Part shown: piece after piece, positions 6,482 through 13,525 of the stretch
How the letters are laid out: each line of letters starts with the position of its first letter
Numbering within the stretch: position 1 is the first letter of the stretch
From: a bacterium
GTDB taxonomy: Bacteria; Zhuqueibacterota; Zhuqueibacteria; Zhuqueibacterales; Zhuqueibacteraceae
Direction of reading: 5' to 3'
Assembly: GCA_044869275.1 (NCBI GenBank)
Contig: JBIOXB010000040.1
Location: forward strand, 1 to 13,525
DNA: 13,525 nt
Notes under the pieces: generated by a model
The model's database searches: none
Told to the model about the DNA's origin: nothing
What the model saw: only the letters and a program-made list of their open reading frames with translations
Translations under genes and position numbers: made by a program

Positions 6482-9400
6482 GTGTGCAAGAAACTGTGGG
6501 TTGGGTGCTTCATTACTCTGGCAATAGCCCTTGATGCACGTTATTTATTTCCGCAAAGCGGTGATAACGCTTCAATCTTTACAGGCCCAAGTCTGACTCC
6601 ACTTCTTACAGGCGTTGTAAATGATGTGAATTTGTTTAAAGGCGACTTTGAGACTAAAATAGATCTTTACGCGTTAACGGGAAGGAATGCAATCAGCTAT
6701 AGCATATCGCTTACATATGACAGCGATGTTCGAGAAACTGCGGTTGCGCTCAACCAGAACAAACAAGCATCTGTGGTCGGTTTAGGGTGGGGGATTGAGC
6801 CTCCGTATATCTGGGGAGGGATGGCCGGGCAGTGCTCCCCGGCTTGTGCACCTTATTATAACGATCTTCGTTTTGTTTATCGAAATCAGTCAAATCAATT
6901 GATCGCAACGGGCTCAGGAAGTGAATACAAACTGGCTGATTATCGTTATTGGAAGATTGTTTTCATTTCAGAAGCTGCCGGCTGGGAAATTTTGATGGAA
7001 GATGGCACAAAATACAAATTCGCACATCCCAGAACCAGGGCTTACCGGTTCTACACCTGCAGTGGTCAAACTTATCTCGCCAAATATCCAATTGATTTAA
7101 AAGTCTATCGGTGGGATGTGACTGAAATTGAAGATGTATTTGGCAATAAGATCAGTTTTCAATATGATGACATAACAGAAAGTATTAGCGATCAATACGT
7201 CGCGAATATTTCACTTTGCTCTCCTGTTCAAACATATACGAATTATGCTGTTTACACGAAAGCCTCATATTTGAATAAAATCACTGATCATACCACGGGC
7301 AAGGTAGTGAAATACAATTGGGAGGATCGTACCGACTATGCCGATGGCTATAATGGCTATCATGGATTTATCGATGGCCCTGGCCAAAGTGATAGTTTTC
7401 AAGAATTTTTTGCGGCTAAGCGTCTTGGATCCATCAAAGTTTATAACAAGGATCCAACTCTGTCGGGTGCTCAATTAATTTATGATGTCAGGTTTCAATA
7501 TGAGTATAGAAGTTTTGGCAGCGACTCCAAATTGGTTTTGACCGGCATCCAGCATTACGACCCGAACAATGTTACAAATCCCCTCCCGCCTCTTGCTTTC
7601 GATTATCACCCTAACACAATAAATCCTGGTGGCTTGAAAAAAATCACCTACCCCGACGGCGGCGAGAAAATTATTTACTATGAAGCAAAAAATTCCGGGT
7701 GCCCTTCGGATTGGCGCGTGGATTATATCGATCTCGATGATAAAATGGGCGGCTCTCCGTTGCGCACGAATTTCGCCTGGTCGAGCGCTGTCTCGTATAG
7801 CAGCGGTGAATACTGTGGTCACGATTGGGTCGAGATTGATTTACCGGGAAATTACGGCAAAACCAGATACACTTTTGAAACAATCGAATCCACCCATCTC
7901 GTTGGCACATTAAAAAAAATCGAGCATTTCGATCAGGCAGGACTGACAGCCAAACAAACCACTACGAATACTTGGGTGGCCGCAGACAAGGGTAATGGAG
8001 CCTATTTTCATGAATTGCAAACGATCGACAATCAAATAGATGGGGTGACGACAACCAGCACCACTTACTATGATCCTGGCAATGGATTGCCTCAATATAC
8101 AACGGAAACAAACAATGATGGCACGATCAGAAGAACCCTCACGAGTTATGCTTTTTCGCTTTCCCAGTATGCCGACATGAACACCAAACATATGCTCTCA
8201 CAAATGGCTCAACATACCGTTTATCTCAATGCCTATGGTGACACAAATGCACGCACCTCCACAGCAACAACCTGGAAAGAATGGCCGGCCTCCAGCGGCA
8301 AATGGGCGGCCGAAGCGACTTACAATTGGCTGGAATCGAGCCCCTCGTCATATTCTTTGCCTGCCACGTTTCCACCTGGTGATGCCGAGTGGATTAAAAT
8401 CTCAAAAGTACTTTCGCGGGACAGCTATGGCCAGCCCCTCGAAGTGGAAGACGCCAACAGCGTTCCGGCCACCACCAAATGGGGTTACAATTGGGCCGCT
8501 CCCATAGCGACCATCGCAAATGCCACCAATGCCAATACTTTCGTCGAGGATTTTGAAGACGGCAACATGGACGACGGCATTCCAATAGACTGGTACACCA
8601 CCGGCGCTTATTGGACAATAACCGATGGCGCCTTGCACTGGACAAGCTCCGCCGGAGGCCTGGAAGGGCAATGCTCGAACCCCGTTGCGCTCGGGTCGCC
8701 AAATTACATTGCCGAATTCGACGTCAGAATCGTCGATGGTAACGGTCCCGGCGATTGGGGCGCATTTCATTTCAGGAAGGACAGCCCGGCACACGATCCC
8801 TGGACTTCGGGATACATTGTTTTCATCACTGAAAACGGCGGCATCGCTTTGTACAACATTGTGGACGGCGTCATCGGCGGCAGTTACTATTACATGACTG
8901 GAAGCGCCGCCGATTGGCATCACCTTCGCGTCGTGGCCAGTGGCTCGAATCTTAAAGTCTATTTTGACGGGCTGCTGATCAAAGACGTCACGAACAGCCG
9001 CTATAACGGAAACTGCATCGGGTTTTATACCTATCAAACCGCCGTGCAGTTCGACAACATTCGCATTTATCCCGTTAATGCGATCTGCACTTCGCAATCG
9101 TACGACCCCCAAACCCTCCGGCCCACGCGGCAAATCGACGCCAATGGCATCTCGACTTTCAATCAATACGACGGCTTCGGCCGTTTGCTGCGCACGCGCA
9201 ACGACGATCGCACCGCGCTCACGACCACGACCTTCAGCGACCACGCCTTTTCCTCTGCCAAGCCGAATTTCGTGGAAACCGCCTCTTTTCCGAATGGCAA
9301 TTACGCCCCGAATTGGAGCTTCGAATGGAGCGCAAGTGCGACCCAAAGCGGATGGCTGCCTTATGTTTTGGGCCAATTGAGCATCGCCAATAACGCTGAA

Positions 9401-10969
9401 GTGCAATCGCAATTCGGCGATTATGCTTTGAAAATCGTCGATAATTCCGCTTCAGCCACCAACCCGGATGGCGCGCACTTCACCTTCTACAACGGAGAAT
9501 ACGAGCAAGGAGCTTACACCTCGAACGATCCTGAATACCACAAGCTCATCGGCAAATCCGTGGTGTTTTCTACCTGGGTGAGAACCGCCAGCGGCACCAA
9601 AAACATTCGCATCGGCATCGAGGGCAATTCTTCCCAGCTTTATTCCGTTGGTACTTCCTGGCAGCGCATATCAGTTAGCATCAGCAATCTGACTTATGTC
9701 GAGCCCAGTCCCACCACAGACTGGGCGAGAAGGCTGCGTTGCTATATCTTTTTGGACGGTGCGCAAACCGGCACTATTTATATCGATGGCGCCGTGCTCG
9801 AATTGAGCTCGAATACCACGCCGGATCCGGTTCTCGCTTCGGCCTCTTACTCGGACGGCTTGGGGAGAAATATCCAAACCCAAACCCGCAACGGCACGAG
9901 CGACATCATTGCCAAAACAACTTATAACGAGATCGGTTTGGTTGACAAACAATACAAGCCACAAGAGATCCCGAATGCCAATCACACTTATTATTCTTTT
10001 CTCACCGGGTTGTACGAACAATTCGAATTCTTCGACGATCCGCTTGGCCGCATGAAAAAGCAAACCCACATGGACGGTGGCAGTTGGATAACCTACGACT
10101 ACGGCGCCTCGGCGTTTCCCACCGACCCCGGCAACTACACTTTTCGTTACACTCAAATCACCGATGAGGAAACCAGCCCCGGGGCAAAGGTCACCAGGCA
10201 ATTCTTCGACAAGTGGAGCAGGGCGATCGGCGGTCTTGATGCGTTTGGCGTAACCGGCGAAATCAAATTCGTCAATGACTATGACATTGTCGATAATATC
10301 AAGACCGCGAGGCCGCCCAATTATTGGGGTACGCCGCCGTACGGCTCGGCCAAGACCGATTGGGATTTGACCAACACCCACGATACCTTCGGCCGCCTCA
10401 TGCAAAAAGACTCGCCCGACGAAGGCCTCGCCAAATCGAAGTATGACAACAACAGCAATCTGCGCTACGGCCAGAACGCCCATCAGTTCGACGCCGGCAA
10501 GTACGACTTCACGGTGTTCTATTACGACAAGCTGAACCGGCTCAGGCATACCGGCGAGGAATACAATTTCAATTGGGATGCTTCCACCTCCCCGGAAATA
10601 TCGAATACGACCTACGGCAGAGATTCGACCGAATGGAAGATCAAGCATTATTACGATACCAGCTACGTGGAGATCGCCGTGCCGAACACGATTCCCAACT
10701 ACGGCCCGGGCCGGCTCACCAGAACGGAAGTGAATGACGACAGCGACGCCGCGCCCGAGCATACCACCCTGTACGTCTATGACAAATTCGGCAATCTCAC
10801 CGAAAAGCGCATCACCATCGACGGCGGCAGCCCGGTCACGCAAAAGATCATCAAGCACAAATACGACTTGCTTGGCCGCGAGGTGCAATTGATTTATCCC
10901 TCGGGCAACACCCTTGTGCGGCAATATGACAGCGTAGGGCGCTTGAAGAAGGTTTATACGATTCCATGA
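6482..10969 (+). CDS. Secreted YD/RHS-repeat protein lacking the RHS core, with two inserted lectin/CBM-like domains, ~1495 aa
   Basis: Likely GTG start at 6482 with AGGAG at 6471-6475, giving signal-peptide-like MCKKLWVGCFITLAIALDARYLFP-Q. SpvB/TcB-like start VNLFKG...SLTYDS...SVVGLGWGI. YD repeats include YDGFGRL, DTFGRL..KDSPDEG and YDKLNRL. DUF6443-like YSDGLGRNIQTQ. Ends YDLLGREVQLIYPSGNTLVRQYDSVGRLKKVYTIP*. Confidence 0.9.
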   Translation: MCKKLWVGCFITLAIALDARYLFPQSGDNASIFTGPSLTPLLTGVVNDVNLFKGDFETKIDLYALTGRNAISYSISLTYDSDVRETAVALNQNKQASVVGLGWGIEPPYIWGGMAGQCSPACAPYYNDLRFVYRNQSNQLIATGSGSEYKLADYRYWKIVFISEAAGWEILMEDGTKYKFAHPRTRAYRFYTCSGQTYLAKYPIDLKVYRWDVTEIEDVFGNKISFQYDDITESISDQYVANISLCSPVQTYTNYAVYTKASYLNKITDHTTGKVVKYNWEDRTDYADGYNGYHGFIDGPGQSDSFQEFFAAKRLGSIKVYNKDPTLSGAQLIYDVRFQYEYRSFGSDSKLVLTGIQHYDPNNVTNPLPPLAFDYHPNTINPGGLKKITYPDGGEKIIYYEAKNSGCPSDWRVDYIDLDDKMGGSPLRTNFAWSSAVSYSSGEYCGHDWVEIDLPGNYGKTRYTFETIESTHLVGTLKKIEHFDQAGLTAKQTTTNTWVAADKGNGAYFHELQTIDNQIDGVTTTSTTYYDPGNGLPQYTTETNNDGTIRRTLTSYAFSLSQYADMNTKHMLSQMAQHTVYLNAYGDTNARTSTATTWKEWPASSGKWAAEATYNWLESSPSSYSLPATFPPGDAEWIKISKVLSRDSYGQPLEVEDANSVPATTKWGYNWAAPIATIANATNANTFVEDFEDGNMDDGIPIDWYTTGAYWTITDGALHWTSSAGGLEGQCSNPVALGSPNYIAEFDVRIVDGNGPGDWGAFHFRKDSPAHDPWTSGYIVFITENGGIALYNIVDGVIGGSYYYMTGSAADWHHLRVVASGSNLKVYFDGLLIKDVTNSRYNGNCIGFYTYQTAVQFDNIRIYPVNAICTSQSYDPQTLRPTRQIDANGISTFNQYDGFGRLLRTRNDDRTALTTTTFSDHAFSSAKPNFVETASFPNGNYAPNWSFEWSASATQSGWLPYVLGQLSIANNAEVQSQFGDYALKIVDNSASATNPDGAHFTFYNGEYEQGAYTSNDPEYHKLIGKSVVFSTWVRTASGTKNIRIGIEGNSSQLYSVGTSWQRISVSISNLTYVEPSPTTDWARRLRCYIFLDGAQTGTIYIDGAVLELSSNTTPDPVLASASYSDGLGRNIQTQTRNGTSDIIAKTTYNEIGLVDKQYKPQEIPNANHTYYSFLTGLYEQFEFFDDPLGRMKKQTHMDGGSWITYDYGASAFPTDPGNYTFRYTQITDEETSPGAKVTRQFFDKWSRAIGGLDAFGVTGEIKFVNDYDIVDNIKTARPPNYWGTPPYGSAKTDWDLTNTHDTFGRLMQKDSPDEGLAKSKYDNNSNLRYGQNAHQFDAGKYDFTVFYYDKLNRLRHTGEEYNFNWDASTSPEISNTTYGRDSTEWKIKHYYDTSYVEIAVPNTIPNYGPGRLTRTEVNDDSDAAPEHTTLYVYDKFGNLTEKRITIDGGSPVTQKIIKHKYDLLGREVQLIYPSGNTLVRQYDSVGRLKKVYTIP
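8540..9073 (+). other. ConA/LamG-like (DUF1080-like) beta-sandwich domain inserted in gene 1
   Basis: FVEDFEDG...W.ITDGAL...YIAEFDVRI...WHHLRVVASGSNLKVYFDG...IGFYTYQTAVQFDNIRI, recognised by eye. Confidence 0.75.
9299..9802 (+). other. CBM4/9-like (galactose-binding fold) domain inserted in gene 1
   Basis: NYAPNWSFE...GW...GDYALKI...VFSTWVRT...VGTSWQRISVS...IYIDGAVLE, recognised by eye. Confidence 0.7.
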
Positions 10970-11042
10970 CCAAAAAATGAACCGCTAAGACACGAAGTAC
11001 GCAAAGTCAAGGAAGCTCGCTGCAAGCTCGGGGAGTGCGATC

Positions 11043-13525
11043 ATGAAACAAAGGCTGCTCGTCGTTCTTGTGCTGCTCTGTGCCGCCATGCCGGAATACT
11101 CTCTTGCTCAGGGCATCGAAATCTCCTCCAAGCGCACGTGGAACAGCAAAACCTATTTGAACACCGACAACAACACCCTCACGGTGGAAGTCAGCAGCGG
11201 CTACCTGCACTTCCAGGATGCCAACGGCGATTTCCAAAACATCGACCCCCGCCTCGTGACCTCCCCGGACAGCAACCATTACGAAGTGACCAGGGGTCTT
11301 TATTACGCGTCTTTCGGCTTCGATCTCAATAGTGCGGGTTATCCCATCGACTTCGAATTGCCGGACAAAACCCGCTTCCGTGCTAAGCCAATGCGGCTAG
11401 CCTACTATAGCCGCTCCTCCAAACAATTGGTGCCCATTCAAGAAGTGCAAAACGCAAAAGGGGTCGTTGATGGATACAAGATCCGCTACCCCGAAATTTT
11501 CACCGGCGTGGACGTGGAGTATCAATATGTCGATGCCAAGCTCAAGCAGTTCGTCTATCTCAGCCAGAAGGCCCGCGACAATCTCCCAGATCCGCAATCA
11601 TTGGGCCTGAACCCCAACAACACCGATTTGGTTTTGGTAACCCGCATTGAAGTGCCCGACAGCCTGGAGGCGTTTGCAAAGAATCAACGCGTCTCATCGA
11701 AAGGTCCTACTGGCAAAATTCGCCTGGACTATGAAGGCGAAGATCAGGTTGATTTTAGAAACATCCGGGGCCAGGGCAAATTCTCTTTGCCCGCGGATTT
11801 TGCCTTTGCCAAAGCCGGCCGTGATTCCGCATCTGAAGAATCCTCCAGCCACCGCATGTGGCGGCGCATTTCCAGCGAAGGTCTCGACAATTTCATGCAT
11901 TCCGGCGTGGCGCTGAAATGGCTGGAGAAACAGCCGCCGGGCACGATCGTGCTCGATCCTTCGGTTGCCATTCAGCCCGGGCCCGAAGGAAAAGACACCT
12001 TCATCTACAAATCCAACAACGGCGACGACAATCACGGCGCCATGGGCCAGTTGCAAATCGGGCCGGACCAAGCCACCTACGAGCGCCGCGGCCTGATCTC
12101 CTTCGATCTTTCCGCGATTCCTTCAACCGCTGTGATCACTTCCGCCACGTTCCAGCTTTTTCTGTATGCCAACACCGGCACCGCCGCGAGCTTCACCATT
12201 GAAGCGCACAAAATGCTGCGCAATTGGGTGGAAGGAACGGGCACGGCGTGGAACGGCGGAAATGCCTCCGGTTGCGATTGGAACTACGCCGACCAGCCCA
12301 ATACCGTTCTGTGGAACGCGGCAGGCATGCAATCGGGCACGGATTATCACGCCACCGTTGCGGGCACGGCTTTGATCAATCTCTCTGATGACGAATTCTG
12401 GAAAAGCTGGCCCATTGCGCTCAGCACGGTGCAGGAGTGGGTCACTACGCCAAGCTCAAACTTTGGCCTGGCGTTGGTCAGCGCTGCCGGCGACGCGGGC
12501 AAATATCTCGTTTCGCAATTTTACAGCTCGGATAACACGGCCTTTCCCGACTTGCGGCCCAGGCTGCTGATCAATTACTCCGTGAATCCCGTGGCCGATA
12601 TCACTTACGACGCTCTCAGCCGCCCCACCACGATCACATATGCCAACGGCGTGACCGAAACCAATCAAGACGACTCCAACCGCGGCTGGCTCACGCGGCG
12701 TGATTATCAAAAAAGCGGCGCCAACATCTATTACTTCAACTCCACTGGCGCCACGGATTTCGATAAAGCCGGGAATTTGAAACACGTGGAGTACAAGCAC
12801 AAAACTGACGCAGCCCAAACCATGGATTATGCCTATGACCGGCTTTATCGTTTGACGACGTTCACCCCCAGTGGCAGCAGCGCCAAAACCTACAGTTACG
12901 ACCCCAATGGCAATCTCAACACCTTCGAGGGTCAGACGTATGTTTACAACACCCCCACGCCCATCAATAACCAGCTCAAAGAAGTGAAGAACGGCGCGGC
13001 CACGGTCACGACGTATCAATACGACAAAGCCGGCCGCGCCAAGCTGATCAATTCCACCGCACTGACTTATGACTTTCGCAGCAATCTTCTCACGCATGGC
13101 ACGACGAATGCCTATTCCTATGATGCCTTTGGCCAGCATATCAAGAAAACTGAGGGCAGTATCAGCAAGTATTACATCACCAGTGGGCCGCAGGTGTTGG
13201 CGGAGTATGCTTACAATGCTCAAACGCTGGTCACATATCTCGAAGCAGAATACATTTATGCTTTGGGCCGAATGATCACCAAGCTTGACCCCGCCAAAGG
13301 CTATTTGTGGTTTTATGTAGATCACCTGGGCAGCACGCGCTTGGTGGATGGCCCGGACTCGCAAACGGACATGCGCAGAGATTATTCTCCCTTTGGCCAG
13401 GCTTATCTTGCGGCCGGCACCGAGCAAAGCATGTATCAATTCACCGGAAAGGAGCTTGATAACGCTACCGGGCTTTATTGCTTTGGCGCTCGGTATTATG
13501 AGCGCAGCACCGGCCGTTGGCTCAC
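11043..13525 (+). CDS. RHS-core protein with signal peptide, WapA-like N-terminal domain and DNRLRE-type domain (3' partial, >827 aa)
   Basis: Not in the ORF track; translated by hand. GGGGAG RBS at 11030-11035, ATG 11043, no stop to the window end. Signal MKQRLLVVLVLLCAAMPEYSLA-Q. N-domain KRTWNSKTY...LHFQDANGDFQNIDPRL...KWL...IVLDPS. DNRLRE-like DTFIY...RRGLISFDLSAIP..AVITSATFQL...VQEWV..PSSNFGL...FYSSD...RPRLLINY (~11970-12578). YD repeats from 12591. RHS core DHLGSTRLV, DYSPFG, YQFTGKELDNATGLYCFGARYY..STGRWL. Confidence 0.92.
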   Translation, partial: MKQRLLVVLVLLCAAMPEYSLAQGIEISSKRTWNSKTYLNTDNNTLTVEVSSGYLHFQDANGDFQNIDPRLVTSPDSNHYEVTRGLYYASFGFDLNSAGYPIDFELPDKTRFRAKPMRLAYYSRSSKQLVPIQEVQNAKGVVDGYKIRYPEIFTGVDVEYQYVDAKLKQFVYLSQKARDNLPDPQSLGLNPNNTDLVLVTRIEVPDSLEAFAKNQRVSSKGPTGKIRLDYEGEDQVDFRNIRGQGKFSLPADFAFAKAGRDSASEESSSHRMWRRISSEGLDNFMHSGVALKWLEKQPPGTIVLDPSVAIQPGPEGKDTFIYKSNNGDDNHGAMGQLQIGPDQATYERRGLISFDLSAIPSTAVITSATFQLFLYANTGTAASFTIEAHKMLRNWVEGTGTAWNGGNASGCDWNYADQPNTVLWNAAGMQSGTDYHATVAGTALINLSDDEFWKSWPIALSTVQEWVTTPSSNFGLALVSAAGDAGKYLVSQFYSSDNTAFPDLRPRLLINYSVNPVADITYDALSRPTTITYANGVTETNQDDSNRGWLTRRDYQKSGANIYYFNSTGATDFDKAGNLKHVEYKHKTDAAQTMDYAYDRLYRLTTFTPSGSSAKTYSYDPNGNLNTFEGQTYVYNTPTPINNQLKEVKNGAATVTTYQYDKAGRAKLINSTALTYDFRSNLLTHGTTNAYSYDAFGQHIKKTEGSISKYYITSGPQVLAEYAYNAQTLVTYLEAEYIYALGRMITKLDPAKGYLWFYVDHLGSTRLVDGPDSQTDMRRDYSPFGQAYLAAGTEQSMYQFTGKELDNATGLYCFGARYYERSTGRWL

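Noticed and set aside
10970..11042. Frameshift or readthrough joining the two Rhs genes
   Set aside because: The genes are in different frames with a 73-bp spacer. Gene 2 has its own RBS, signal peptide and ~500 aa of non-RHS domains before the repeats resume.
8402..13439. Long minus-strand ORFs 8402..9412, 9671..10924 and 12456..13439
   Set aside because: Antisense shadows of the Rhs genes caused by codon bias; no recognisable motifs.

Overview
Bacterial window, mostly GC-rich. Signal peptides followed by Gln and a stand-alone ~800 aa MacB-type permease suggest an FCB/KSB1-like lineage; this is inference only. The left half holds a possible IS right end, a SAM methyltransferase translationally coupled to a Tat-exported VOC/glyoxalase protein, an ABC permease bracketed by heptamer arrays, a second minus-strand methyltransferase and a 151-bp nested palindromic MITE-like element. 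The right half is a two-gene YD/RHS locus behind an AT-rich promoter region. Gene 1 (6482..10969, ~1495 aa) has a signal peptide and a YD/RHS shell with two inserted lectin/CBM-like domains, but stops mid-repeat with no RHS core. Gene 2 (11043..>13525) is absent from the ORF track because it runs off the window; I translated it by hand as 827 codons with no stop. It has its own signal peptide, a WapA-like N-terminal domain and a DNRLRE-type domain, then resumes the RHS repeats where gene 1 appears to leave off and enters the RHS core. The best candidate for a new system is a Sec-exported, glycan-decorated Rhs cage split across two polypeptides at an unusual point.
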